Positions 27,167 through 36,808 of a stretch of DNA of 36,808 nt are shown here, one piece after another; the stretch's first letter is position 1; each line of letters begins with the position of its first letter. The translations under genes and the position numbers were made by a program. Source of the stretch: Nitrososphaeraceae archaeon. Lineage in GTDB: Archaea > Thermoproteota > Nitrososphaeria > Nitrososphaerales > Nitrososphaeraceae. The notes under the pieces are model-generated. The model was given only the letters and a program-made list of their open reading frames with translations, did not search any database and was not told the DNA's origin. The stretch spans positions 1-36,808 of the forward strand of contig JBIOZG010000046.1 of assembly GCA_044870765.1 (NCBI GenBank), given 5' to 3'.

Positions 27167-28807
27167 TTATTTACGAATTAATTTATTAAATATCAAAGTA
27201 CCAACCATAAGTGCAGCGGACAAAATAAATCCGAGGTAGGACAAATTCTGTTCATGCGGAAAGATAAAAGCAGATCCAATAAATATTGACGAGGATATAA
27301 TACTCATAGGAAGAACATTTGAATTGCCTTTTAGTTTAATTGTTGTTCTCTGATCAGTTAAATATTGTTTTATCATTGGTGCAAGGTCGACCGAAACTTC
27401 GAGCCCTTTTACAAATTTATTTACGTATCTCTTAAATTCTTCAACATAGGCATCCTTAATTAGACCCTCCTCTTCAAGCAAACTTACCAAAACACGGACA
27501 AACTGGAATTTTACATCATGATAATGGTAAATTCCCTCAAGAATCGAGGCCATTCTCATATAAAGAGCAAGATTCTTAGGTAAACGGAATGGGAATCTGC
27601 TCAAGGTTTTGTTTGCTAAGTCTTGAAGTGCCTTCACTTCCATTCTATCCACCTTCTTTCCGTGCAATGATTGAATACTTAATTCAAGACCCTTTTCCAC
27701 TAACCTTCTGTCAACAGAAGGCTCAAGTGTTCCTAATTCCATTAATACATCCGTGGTCCTCACTGGATCTTTGTCTATTAGACCTAGATATAATCTAACG
27801 AGCCTTCTTCTAGTTTCGTCGTCTATCCTACCAACCATACCAAAATCATAGAGTATTATTGTACCATTACTAGTTATTGATATATTACCAGGATGTGGAT
27901 CAGCATGGAATATACTGTGACGCAGTAACATCTTGAAGAACAACCTATGTATACGATATACTAATTTTACTCTATCAATATCATGTTGATCCAATGTTTT
28001 AATATCTGTTACTTTAATTCCCGGCAAATATTCTAGCGTGATTACATGCCTGGATGTCCTGTCAAGATAAACATTAGGAATGATTACCGACTTGTCATTC
28101 TTCAAATTATTTTTGATTTCTGCCAAATTTTTAGCCTCTATTCTATAATCCATTTCTTCATATACTGTTTCGATGAATTGAGAAAGCATTCCCTCAGCTG
28201 AGAATCTTAGATTTTCATCGATAAAACGTGTAGCTATTGGTAATAGTTTTTTTAGTATGTAGATGTTTTGCCCTATTGTTTCTTCAATGTTGGGCCTGCT
28301 TATCTTGACTACAACATCTTGTCCTTTGTATCCTGCTCTGTATACTTGACCTAAACTTGCTCCAGAAATTGATGCGGGATTAAAATAATCAAATACTTCA
28401 TCAAGAGAACCAAGCTCTTTTTCCAGAATTGGTCTAACATCTGAAAACGGTTCTGGTAATACATCATCTTGAAGGCCTTCTAGCACATCCAAGTATGGTT
28501 GAGGTAGCAGATCCGCTCTAGAGGAGAGCCATTGACCCAATTTTATGTACGAGGGTCCAAGGTCGATGAATGTTTTTAACGCTCTTTCGGCATGTTTTCT
28601 GAATTTCTTCTCGTTTACATTCTTACCTTCTTTTTTCACCCATTCTCTCCTGTCCGTCCTGAGGTACAGGATAACAGGAATTAGCTTCAAAATTGTCTTT
28701 ATTATTAGCCAAATTGATGGTTTCTTGAATTGAAAAGCAGGTTTTTTTCTATCGGTGACTATAGCGACATCCAATATTTCTTTATCTTCCATCAAGAATA
28801 TTTTCAC
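27167..28807 (-). CDS. AarF/ABC1/UbiB-family atypical protein kinase
   Basis: KLGQ, GASLGQVYRA, VVVK, HADPHPGN, DFGM; two C-terminal TM helices. Possible ATG start at 28792. Confidence 0.93.
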   Translation of the reverse strand: MKIFLMEDKEILDVAIVTDRKKPAFQFKKPSIWLIIKTILKLIPVILYLRTDRREWVKKEGKNVNEKKFRKHAERALKTFIDLGPSYIKLGQWLSSRADLLPQPYLDVLEGLQDDVLPEPFSDVRPILEKELGSLDEVFDYFNPASISGASLGQVYRAGYKGQDVVVKISRPNIEETIGQNIYILKKLLPIATRFIDENLRFSAEGMLSQFIETVYEEMDYRIEAKNLAEIKNNLKNDKSVIIPNVYLDRTSRHVITLEYLPGIKVTDIKTLDQHDIDRVKLVYRIHRLFFKMLLRHSIFHADPHPGNISITSNGTIILYDFGMVGRIDDETRRRLVRLYLGLIDKDPVRTTDVLMELGTLEPSVDRRLVEKGLELSIQSLHGKKVDRMEVKALQDLANKTLSRFPFRLPKNLALYMRMASILEGIYHYHDVKFQFVRVLVSLLEEEGLIKDAYVEEFKRYVNKFVKGLEVSVDLAPMIKQYLTDQRTTIKLKGNSNVLPMSIISSSIFIGSAFIFPHEQNLSYLGFILSAALMVGTLIFNKLIRK

Positions 28808-28889
28808 CCCTCTGAGTTCTCATAAAGATAAAATGAATAGTCCAGAAGTATAACTGAACAAAGGCATACAAGATAACTTTCAACATAAG

Positions 28890-29174
28890 TTATTTTTCCC
28901 TATCAATGAGATAATCAGAAAGAGCAGAAAGTGCTATAACACCAGGAAAATATTTTGTGGCATCAACCATTACATGTCCGAGAGGATCGTTACGTGGATC
29001 TATTTTATCGTAGTGAATGCTATAGTGATTTTCATATTCGCGGATGTGTAAATTACCATGTCTATATTGTTTTATGGATCCTTTCTTTTCTCCCAGAATA
29101 GTTGGCTTGTACTCAATTAGAGGTCTTACAGTTTTAGGTACAATGATATTTCCCTCGTTATCAACAAAAGACAT
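28890..29174 (-). CDS. Hypothetical protein (His-containing)
   Basis: 94-aa ATG ORF; QYRHGNLHIREY...HYDKIDP..DPLGH; TATA-like element about 25 nt upstream. Confidence 0.75.
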   Translation of the reverse strand: MSFVDNEGNIIVPKTVRPLIEYKPTILGEKKGSIKQYRHGNLHIREYENHYSIHYDKIDPRNDPLGHVMVDATKYFPGVIALSALSDYLIDREK

Positions 29175-29233
29175 AGCAAGCTAACAATAACTTTGGATAT
29201 AAAAATTACCTTAAATTTTCACATATCTATAAA

Positions 29234-29261
29234 TGAAAAATTATGCAAAAGTAATTTTTCA
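29234..29261. promoter_or_regulatory. Palindromic candidate operator TGAAAAATTA-N8-TAATTTTTCA
   Basis: Perfect 10-bp inverted repeat between the divergent TATA-like elements of dps (about 29299) and the 94-aa gene (about 29197-29205). Confidence 0.5.
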
Positions 29262-29328
29262 ATTTTCTAGTACTAAATCTACAATAATATAAGAAGACTT
29301 TTATAGAATATTATCTATTTTTTGTGAT

Positions 29329-29919
29329 ATGAGTGATACAAAAGGCAAGGTTCCAAATATAGTTGCGATTGAAGTCATAAAGAAGAACGGGGTTGACGTT
29401 GAAAAATTAAAAGAATTAATAACGAAAGGTGTAGGTGCTGAATTTACAACATATTACTATTACACAATTTTAAGGATGCATTGTACCGGGCTTGATGGTG
29501 AAGGCATTAAGGAAATAGTTGAGGAGGCCAGGATTGAAGATAGAAATCACTTTGAAGCCATGGTACCTAGATTATATGAACTCGGAGGATCATTACCAAG
29601 GGATATTAGAAAATTTGCAGATCAGGCAGGATGCCCTGATGCATATCTTCCAGATAATTGGGAAAATCTTACTTCAATAATAGAAATATTGCTTGCTGCA
29701 GAACAGTGCGCTATTCGTTCGTGGGGTGAAGTATGTGATATGACCACCGGCAAGGATCCCCGCACTTATGATATCGCACAAAGAATTATGCAAGAAGAAG
29801 TTGAACACGAAGCCTGGTTTATTGAGTTGCTTTCCAAGAGACCTTCTGGACACTTTAGAAGAAGATCTGTAGGACAATCTCCTCATGTTGGGCAACAAGG
29901 CGGATTAATTCATCTTTAG
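29329..29919 (+). CDS. dps: DPS-like (DpsL) ferritin-family protein
   Basis: [29 protein letters not shown] di-iron ligands; paired Cys ([14 protein letters not shown]) typical of archaeal DPSL. Confidence 0.93.
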   Translation: MSDTKGKVPNIVAIEVIKKNGVDVEKLKELITKGVGAEFTTYYYYTILRMHCTGLDGEGIKEIVEEARIEDRNHFEAMVPRLYELGGSLPRDIRKFADQAGCPDAYLPDNWENLTSIIEILLAAEQCAIRSWGEVCDMTTGKDPRTYDIAQRIMQEEVEHEAWFIELLSKRPSGHFRRRSVGQSPHVGQQGGLIHL

Positions 29920-30160
29920 AATTCTGCCTTACTTTTTTGCTGCTCAAATAAACTAAGGTATCTTCAATATCTTTTGTTTTGAAACTATCAATAATAACTT
30001 GATTCAGAATCTATAATGCATATTAGTAATCAGATTATTAATTATGATGAGGTTTGTTATTGTACTTGGCAGAGAATTATTTTTGAAATGTCCGTACCTG
30101 AATGTGCATGATTTGTATAATTGGTAACAATAAATAGAATTATGAAATTCTCAGAAAGAT

Positions 30161-31462
30161 TTAGGATGCAGGGCTTATTTGAAATATACTGCCCAATCCG
30201 ATAGATACAACATACAAGTTACCATCAGGTCCGACTTCTATGTCAGTAATGCCGCCAAAACCTTCACCAAATAAAATGCTACTCAATCCTGGTGAAGATG
30301 GTTTTTCAATAACTCTCGACGCAAGAGCTGGTGTTAGAACAATATCTTTTCTATCAGAAGTAAGATCAAAATGATAGATTCTACCATTATGGACGTCGCC
30401 TACAAACATATCATTCTCATATGCAGAACCAAGGGCTGTTGAATCCAAAAATTTTACTGCTGTTGGTCCTGCTGTATTTACCCAAACCAGCTCAGGATCA
30501 CTATAATGTCCTTTTCCTCCAAAGTCCTGTAGATCAGATTCGCTAAAGGAGTCTTCCATTGACGCTAAACCCTGCACCTGTTGCCATCCGCTATTAAAAC
30601 CGGGCAATACTAAATTTATTTCGTCTCCGTTTCCAGGACCATTTTCCGTATCCCATAAATTACCAGAAACAGGATCAAAATCCATCCCGAAGCTATTTCT
30701 AATTCCATACGCATAATAAATACGTAAAGGTATGGATTCTCCTAGAATACCATCAGTAGGTTGACCGTCTTGTGTTATTCTTAAGATACCGCCTCTTCCA
30801 TCAGGATCAACTCCATTCTCGTAATTTTGGGCCTTTGTCTCTGTTGTTGGTCCTTTAAAGGATCCGTCTACGTCCCCAATCGTCACATAAATGTTATCAT
30901 CAGGTCCAATCATGAGGTCCCCACCATTATGTCGAGGTCCAGGATTTGCTGGCAGATCCATCAAAAGTAGCGGATTAATCAGTGAATCGCCTGATAACTC
31001 GTATCTATACAGTCTATTCCCAATTGGCTGCATTCCAGCCTTATCACCGCCATCTTTTCCAGCAATTTCAGTGTAGTAAAGAAATACAAATATTGTTGAA
31101 CCATGTTTTGACACAGCGATTCCGCACAAACACCTTTCAACAGAGTTGGCCACATTTACATCCAGAACAGGATTTGCCTGAACTTTCCCATTGACTATCC
31201 TTTTGACCATACCGGTATCTTTCTCAAGTATTAAAATGTCGTCCGGTCCAACAAAAGCTATACTTGTGGGAGTACTTAATCCTTCTGCAACTGTAGAAAT
31301 TTTCAAATTTGAATCAAAAAGCTTTGGCTTGCCCTCTTCTACAAACTCCGTATCTGCAAATTCCTCTTGAGCCTTTGCAAAATGATGAGGTATTGTAAAA
31401 GCAAATATCAAAAATGAAATTACTGTAATGGCTATAATGACACTTATCAAGGCCTGCATCAA
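30161..31462 (-). CDS. PQQ-dependent soluble aldose sugar dehydrogenase (YliI/GdhB-like), secreted
   Basis: Signal peptide; HNGG, YVTIGD, YGIRNSFG, DTENGP..DEIN, GPDGNLYV. Confidence 0.9.
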   Translation of the reverse strand: MMQALISVIIAITVISFLIFAFTIPHHFAKAQEEFADTEFVEEGKPKLFDSNLKISTVAEGLSTPTSIAFVGPDDILILEKDTGMVKRIVNGKVQANPVLDVNVANSVERCLCGIAVSKHGSTIFVFLYYTEIAGKDGGDKAGMQPIGNRLYRYELSGDSLINPLLLMDLPANPGPRHNGGDLMIGPDDNIYVTIGDVDGSFKGPTTETKAQNYENGVDPDGRGGILRITQDGQPTDGILGESIPLRIYYAYGIRNSFGMDFDPVSGNLWDTENGPGNGDEINLVLPGFNSGWQQVQGLASMEDSFSESDLQDFGGKGHYSDPELVWVNTAGPTAVKFLDSTALGSAYENDMFVGDVHNGRIYHFDLTSDRKDIVLTPALASRVIEKPSSPGLSSILFGEGFGGITDIEVGPDGNLYVVSIGLGSIFQISPAS

Positions 31463-31687
31463 TCATTAACGTTGGATCTAATATACATATCGAAGAATGT
31501 ATTGTAAGATAATTATCAAAAGTTACTAGCTTCATGGTTCAAGATGAATCACGGACGACCGTATTTACTTTTTAATGTCTCAGCTTCACCAACAATAATG
31601 GTTCATAACCAGGTTTTGTATGAGGAGTAGATCAGATGTGTTATTTCAGGATTCGCAAATGACATAATCGTGGCGTGAAATCACATT

Positions 31688-31891
31688 TCAGTAAGAATGT
31701 GTCTCAGTCTTGTGTTCTTTAAGTGATGGATATTTTGAAAATGTACAATCACATTTATCACATTCCCATTGATGTTCCTTGGCCTTGAGAAAATTGTCAT
31801 ACTTAACATCCTTCTTTACATAAGTCATTGACTTATGATCGTACTTTGCTGGATTGTAATTCAATTTGTATTTTATGGAGTTTATTCGCAC
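31688..31891 (-). CDS. Small C2H2 zinc-finger protein
   Basis: WECDKCDCTFSKYPSLKEHKTETH fits C-x2-C-x3-F-x5-L-x2-H-x4-H. Confidence 0.75.
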   Translation of the reverse strand: MRINSIKYKLNYNPAKYDHKSMTYVKKDVKYDNFLKAKEHQWECDKCDCTFSKYPSLKEHKTETHSY

Positions 31892-32049
31892 TTACCATAT
31901 AAAATATAACATCTCACTTATATTTCAATACGTTACTGGATATAGGATTCTAATATAAAATAAAACAATAACTTTTGACTTATTTATTGATTGAGTATAT
32001 TATTGAAAAGACTTATAGGAAAATATGTGCTTAATATGGCATATTTTCT

Positions 32050-32733
32050 ATGCCAAACGAAAACAATTCCATCACTAAATTCAAGGACAGAGAACATGCA
32101 GCAGATCTTCTCATCTCCAAACTCAAGAACGAGCTTGAAGAAGAAAATCCGAAAGAAATAGCCGTTTTTGGAATTCCACGTGGCGGAGTAATATTGGCGA
32201 ACACGATTTACAAGAACAGATATGCAAATTATTTCGATATTGTGATTCCAAGGAAACTTGGAGCTCCTAATAACAAAGAACTTGGCATAGGAGCTATCAT
32301 GGATAAGGATACTGTTTATCTCAACGAGTATGTTGTGAAGGCGTTGAGAGTCCAACCGATTTATATAGAGTCAGAAAAATTATCCCAGGTTCAAGAAATT
32401 GGACGTAGAACTTTACTTTACAGACCCAACCAGGAAGAATATGAGATCAAAGATAAGATAATAATACTTGTTGATGATGGTGCCGCTACAGGATCAACAC
32501 TCGTAGTTTCTGCAAGATGGATTAAGAAGAGAAAGCCAAAGAAGATCATTATAGCCATACCTGTAGCCCCCAATGAAACTGTCGAATTATTAAAAAATGA
32601 AGTGGACAAGGTCGTAACGATATTGATACCCCCTACAAGTAATTTTACTTCGGTTGCTCAGTTCTATGATAATTTTGAAGAAATAACCGACGACAAGGTA
32701 GTAAAAATTATGAAAGAACTAGATGAAAAATAA
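32050..32733 (+). CDS. Phosphoribosyltransferase family protein (COG1926-like)
   Basis: FKDREHA, GIPRGG, RKLGAP..ELGIGA, PRPP-binding VDDGAATGST, VAQFYDNF. Confidence 0.9.
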   Translation: MPNENNSITKFKDREHAADLLISKLKNELEEENPKEIAVFGIPRGGVILANTIYKNRYANYFDIVIPRKLGAPNNKELGIGAIMDKDTVYLNEYVVKALRVQPIYIESEKLSQVQEIGRRTLLYRPNQEEYEIKDKIIILVDDGAATGSTLVVSARWIKKRKPKKIIIAIPVAPNETVELLKNEVDKVVTILIPPTSNFTSVAQFYDNFEEITDDKVVKIMKELDEK

Positions 32734-32779
32734 AATCTCAAGATAAAAGTTCTAACAGACTAAGGAACTTGAAGGTTAG

Positions 32780-34288
32780 TTATCTTGTTGGGAAGGAAGG
32801 CAATACTGCAGTAAGTTGAGATAGATTTGGTACAGAGTTTGTAGCGAAATCTAAGATTGGAGCATGCCAAATACCAAAACCTACCATAAATATCATTGAG
32901 AAGATAAGTACTACCAACATTACCCGTGGTTCCTTTACTCTAGTTGTATCAGGTGACTCTTCCATGTACATTTTCCTCATAATCCAGGCATAATATCCGA
33001 GAGATAACGCGCTATTTAAAACTCCAGCAATAGCCAAGTAAGGGCCCCACCAAATTTCGGGGCCAGTTACTATTGCCGCATTAAATAGTACTAATTTGCT
33101 CCAGAATCCATTGAGAGGCGGTACCCCAGCCAAGGCTAGTAGCGATATTGATAAAGCTATAGCCGTTATAGGCATTCGTTTGGCAAGGCCTCTATATTTT
33201 TCAATACTATAGCTGGCAAGTGTAATTGATACCGCTGCAACCGCAATGAACGCGGCAGATTTCATAACTGCGTGATTAAGAATATGGAAAAGAGAGCCTC
33301 CAAGAGCTTGATCACTGTACGGTGCCAAAGCCAAACCTATCATGATGTATCCTGCTTGAGCAATACTTGAATAAGCCAGTATTCTAGGTACGCTCTTTTG
33401 AACTAACGCTCCCAGATTTCCTATGGTCATAGTGAATACAGCTATTACTGCCAATGCTGCGGCCCAATCAAGATGCAATGCAAAAGTGGCCAGAATTATT
33501 ACGCGAATAGCAGCTGCAAAGCCTGCTTTTTTTGTACCTGCGGCAAGTAACGCACCAATTGTCGTAGGAGCGCCCTCATACGCATCAGGTAGCCACATGT
33601 GAAATGGTACTAGTCCCATCTTGAACCCAAATCCTGCTATGAATAGGGCAACTGCAAGCACAGTTACTGGAACCAAGTCTTTCTGAACGTTAACCATAGA
33701 TACTATCGCCTCACCAATGTTAGTAGTGCCGGTTACTCCATACACTAATCCAATAGCAAGTACTAGAATTGCCGATGAAAGAGCACCAAAAAGGAAGTAT
33801 TTGATTGCCGCCTCATTTGATATTGGATCACGTTTTGAAAAAGCGGCTAGGGCATAGGTAGGTATGGACATAAGTTCCCAAGCAACCAAAAGCATGACAA
33901 GATCCGTAGAATAAGCAATTAGTATCATACCTATACTTGATAGTAGTATCAACGAATAATATGCTGCGGGATTAGTTTTGTTTTTCATATAATTCCAGGA
34001 GGAAGCAGTTACCATTACGGATACTATCAATAGCGTTATTGCAAAGAAAGAGCCAAACATGTCATCTGCAAGCATACTCTTTCCAAATTCGATCGTAGGG
34101 ATTGATTCTCCAAAAAGTATTCTAAAGATAATGATACCAATTACGAGTATTATGGCTCCAACAGAAATTCCGCAATATAGACTATTATTAGCGCCTCTTT
34201 CCTTCTTCAGAGCATCAATAATGGGAACAGCAAGTCCAACTGCCCCAAGTATTACAGTTACCAACAGTGGTGTTGAAAAGAAATCCAT
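32780..34288 (-). CDS. nuoN: NADH-quinone oxidoreductase subunit N
   Basis: AWELMS, EAAIKYF, FKMGLVPFHMWLPDAYEGAP, RILAYSSIAQAGY, LAGVPPLNGFWSK; AGGAG SD-like element upstream. Confidence 0.96.
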   Translation of the reverse strand: MDFFSTPLLVTVILGAVGLAVPIIDALKKERGANNSLYCGISVGAIILVIGIIIFRILFGESIPTIEFGKSMLADDMFGSFFAITLLIVSVMVTASSWNYMKNKTNPAAYYSLILLSSIGMILIAYSTDLVMLLVAWELMSIPTYALAAFSKRDPISNEAAIKYFLFGALSSAILVLAIGLVYGVTGTTNIGEAIVSMVNVQKDLVPVTVLAVALFIAGFGFKMGLVPFHMWLPDAYEGAPTTIGALLAAGTKKAGFAAAIRVIILATFALHLDWAAALAVIAVFTMTIGNLGALVQKSVPRILAYSSIAQAGYIMIGLALAPYSDQALGGSLFHILNHAVMKSAAFIAVAAVSITLASYSIEKYRGLAKRMPITAIALSISLLALAGVPPLNGFWSKLVLFNAAIVTGPEIWWGPYLAIAGVLNSALSLGYYAWIMRKMYMEESPDTTRVKEPRVMLVVLIFSMIFMVGFGIWHAPILDFATNSVPNLSQLTAVLPSFPTR

Positions 34289-34301
34289 CCCTATTTCACT
34301 C

Positions 34302-36371
34302 CTATAAGAAAAGTAACATGATGATGATCATCATGCCTGCAGCAAAAACGAATAGATATGTCTGTGCTATTCCTGTTTGTCCGGCCTTGACAACTTTTGA
34401 GAAGTATGTCATTGATCCTTGAAGACCCGGATTGATCCCGTCTATTATTGTACTTTCGAAATATCTCCAAACAATTCTAAATATAGCCAGCGGCCCTATC
34501 ACTGCCCCCCAGTATAACGCGGTATTAAGATACCACCTATTATAGAAGAATTTCCATATCGCTCTAGAAACTACACTCTTCGACACTATCTCAGGATTAA
34601 TGACCTTTTTCATATATACAAGGCCGCCAAGAATTGCGCCCAAAGCAAATGCTCCAACCGATGCAGTAACTGCTATTGGATTAAGGCCCTCAAACGGCCC
34701 AAATCCTGACGAAGCCTGAGGTAGCACGTCGTGAGCCGTATGAATGCCAAATGAATTTTCAAGATACAGAGAAAACATTTCGTGGAGCTGATGTTCAAAG
34801 GCAAATCCAATTAAACCTACCGCGATGCTAGCTATTGCGAGTATTGCAAACGGAACCCACATTACTGCTTTAACTTCATGGACATTATGAGTGGATTCAT
34901 TCTCTTGTATGAACTTGCTCTTGTTACCAAAGAATGTCATTCCTAGCATCCTAAACGTATAAAATGCAGTCATGAAAGACACCATGATTGCTATGGTAAA
35001 CAATACCCAAGAATACTGGTATCCTGATTCAAGAACCGAGGCGATGATTGCATCTTTACTCCAGAATCCCGAAGTAATAAACGGAGCCGCTGCAAGCGAT
35101 AACCCGGCCATCATCATAAAGAGGAATGTCTTTTTCATTTTACTTCTTAATCCTCCCATATCAGTCATGAATCTGGAACCAACCGCATGAAGAACGGCAC
35201 CTGCACCCATGAACAACGATGCTTTAAACATCGCATGACTCATGAGATGAAAGAACCCAGCAGTATAACCATCGACAAAGGATGAAGACAGTCCTGCAAC
35301 ACCCAAGGCCATCATCATAAGACCGATTTGAGATCCTGTAGAATATGCCAGGACCTTTTTTATTTCGGGATTGACCAATGCCTGGGTTGCTAGCAGAAAT
35401 GCAGTTATTGCTCCGACCCATGCAATAACTTCAAAAAATTGAGATGAATTTAAAGCAGATACTGCAAAGAAAAGTGGACCAATTCTTGCTACTAGGAAAA
35501 CTCCTGCTTTCACCATTGTAGCAGCGTGAATTAATGCCGATACGGGTGTTGGACCGGTCATTGCTTCAAGCAACCACTCGTTCAGTGGGAATTGTGCAGA
35601 TTTTCCTATAGCACCGCCAAAAATAAGCACCGCTGCTGGAACAAGCAGATTATTGTTTGCCATTTCCGTTGCCCAACTCTGATCTTGTAACAGCTCAGTA
35701 AAGCCAAAAGTGCCGGCATATCCAAAAATCAAGAACATGCCTGAGAGCATCATGATATCTCCAGCCTTCGTCATCAAAAATGCTTTTAGTCCAGCATGTG
35801 TTGGTGATGCCCACATTTGTATTCCTCCAGCATAATGTCCAGGGGTTCCAACAAAGTCCTTTTTCTTGTCTTGATACCAAAAGCTAATAAGCGCAAATGA
35901 GGCTAGCCCAACACCTTCCCATCCAAAGAATACCATCAACAGATTGTCAGAAAGCACAATCAATTGCATGGAGCCGATAAAGAACAACATAAAGAACCAG
36001 TATCTTGTTAGATTCCTGTCTCCGTGCATGTATCCTATCGAATATATGAATATTAGAAGTGAGATCCATGCCACGATATTTGCCATGAGTATGGACAGTG
36101 AATCTGCTAATGTTCCTGCATGAATATTTAGCATAGGTATCCAGCTAATCTGACTGTGAATTTGACCTCCGTGTATTCCCAGTGGTAACAATGTCACAGC
36201 GGATATGGCGCTTGCAAGGGCAAAGCCTACTGCGGCATAATCGCGCACACGCTTTCCAGCCTTCGCTATGGCAGGAATTAATGAGGCCCCCACAAAGGGA
36301 AGAATCCAAACTAGCCAGGCATTAATTCCCAATCCTTCAAATCCAATGATCCCTTGGAGTTCAGTCACCAT
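34302..36371 (-). CDS. nuoL: NADH-quinone oxidoreductase subunit L
   Basis: GWEGVG, GKSAQFPL.EWL..AMTGPTPVSALIHAATMV, KKVLAYST, HAMFKA, GFWSKD; AGGAG SD-like element upstream. Confidence 0.96.
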   Translation of the reverse strand: MVTELQGIIGFEGLGINAWLVWILPFVGASLIPAIAKAGKRVRDYAAVGFALASAISAVTLLPLGIHGGQIHSQISWIPMLNIHAGTLADSLSILMANIVAWISLLIFIYSIGYMHGDRNLTRYWFFMLFFIGSMQLIVLSDNLLMVFFGWEGVGLASFALISFWYQDKKKDFVGTPGHYAGGIQMWASPTHAGLKAFLMTKAGDIMMLSGMFLIFGYAGTFGFTELLQDQSWATEMANNNLLVPAAVLIFGGAIGKSAQFPLNEWLLEAMTGPTPVSALIHAATMVKAGVFLVARIGPLFFAVSALNSSQFFEVIAWVGAITAFLLATQALVNPEIKKVLAYSTGSQIGLMMMALGVAGLSSSFVDGYTAGFFHLMSHAMFKASLFMGAGAVLHAVGSRFMTDMGGLRSKMKKTFLFMMMAGLSLAAAPFITSGFWSKDAIIASVLESGYQYSWVLFTIAIMVSFMTAFYTFRMLGMTFFGNKSKFIQENESTHNVHEVKAVMWVPFAILAIASIAVGLIGFAFEHQLHEMFSLYLENSFGIHTAHDVLPQASSGFGPFEGLNPIAVTASVGAFALGAILGGLVYMKKVINPEIVSKSVVSRAIWKFFYNRWYLNTALYWGAVIGPLAIFRIVWRYFESTIIDGINPGLQGSMTYFSKVVKAGQTGIAQTYLFVFAAGMMIIIMLLFL

Positions 36372-36477
36372 GTCGGTTCTCTCCTATTTTGAAATTCACC
36401 AATTAGTTTATTGTTCAAATTGCGCTGGACGCAATTTTTTAAATTACATATTTTCTCAGCCAAACCCTTAATCATAC

Positions 36478-36808
36478 TCATAATCTTGAACCCCCTCCTG
36501 CAGTGGCCACCAGCTCGCTGTGATTCTGCAATGACGCACCTACAGAATTTATGTTACCAAATTGCACTACAGTATTATCTGTGGAAAACATTTCGTGTAT
36601 ATATTCTGTAACTGGATTCAGTAGTGGATTAGGATAAACTCCCAAAATAAGTGTAATCGCAGCAAGCGCGGCCATGGTAATAGTAACATATCTATTGGGA
36701 TCCCTGATGTTCGCATATTGTTCTGGAGTTTTACCAAAAAATATTCTCTTGTACATCCACAGGATATATGCAGCAGTTAAAACAGTTGCCAGTATTCCTA
36801 ATCCAAAT
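36478..36808 (-). CDS. nuoM: NADH-quinone oxidoreductase subunit M, C-terminal part (5' end outside window)
   Basis: Frame stays open to the window edge: FGLGILATVLTAAYILWMYKRIFFG...LGVYP, typical of the NuoM C-terminus. Confidence 0.9.
   Translation of the reverse strand, partial: FGLGILATVLTAAYILWMYKRIFFGKTPEQYANIRDPNRYVTITMAALAAITLILGVYPNPLLNPVTEYIHEMFSTDNTVVQFGNINSVGASLQNHSELVATAGGGSRL

Noticed and set aside
31984-32355. 123-aa minus-strand ORF
   Set aside because: Antisense to the phosphoribosyltransferase, with no motifs.

Overview
AT-rich archaeal chromosomal window, most likely from an ammonia-oxidising archaeon (Nitrososphaerota/Thaumarchaeota, probably Nitrososphaeraceae). This is inferred from TFB, Cdc48, a DPS-like ferritin, the nuoM-nuoL-nuoN order, single-domain receivers and TATA-led genes. 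The left part carries a CHRD protein, a ureohydrolase, cdc48, a sensor kinase/receiver pair, asnB, a receiver-tfb-RHH-isochorismatase block, an SDR, tRNA-Ala(CGC) and msrB. The centre (about 15.8-25.2 kb) is the most interesting. It looks like a multi-part cell-surface copper sensing and acquisition locus: a His-rich membrane protein coupled to a double-wHTH regulator, a CopC-CopD-YtkA-like-beta-propeller fusion, three membrane-anchored Ig-like proteins (two with a predicted mature N-terminal His), a His-lined NHL propeller and an unannotated Met-rich membrane micropeptide. Two decayed surface-protein genes follow (RTX-repeat and Cys-repeat). The right part has a PPOX-like protein, an ABC1/UbiB kinase, dps, a PQQ sugar dehydrogenase, a C2H2 zinc finger protein, a PRTase and the end of the complex I operon. 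Signals missed by the ORF track include a GTGA-coupled (Tyr-Ser)n micro-ORF after cdc48, a hairpin-rich intergenic region and candidate operators. No CRISPR array, transposase or integrase was seen. All calls come from manual motif reading; no database searches were run.
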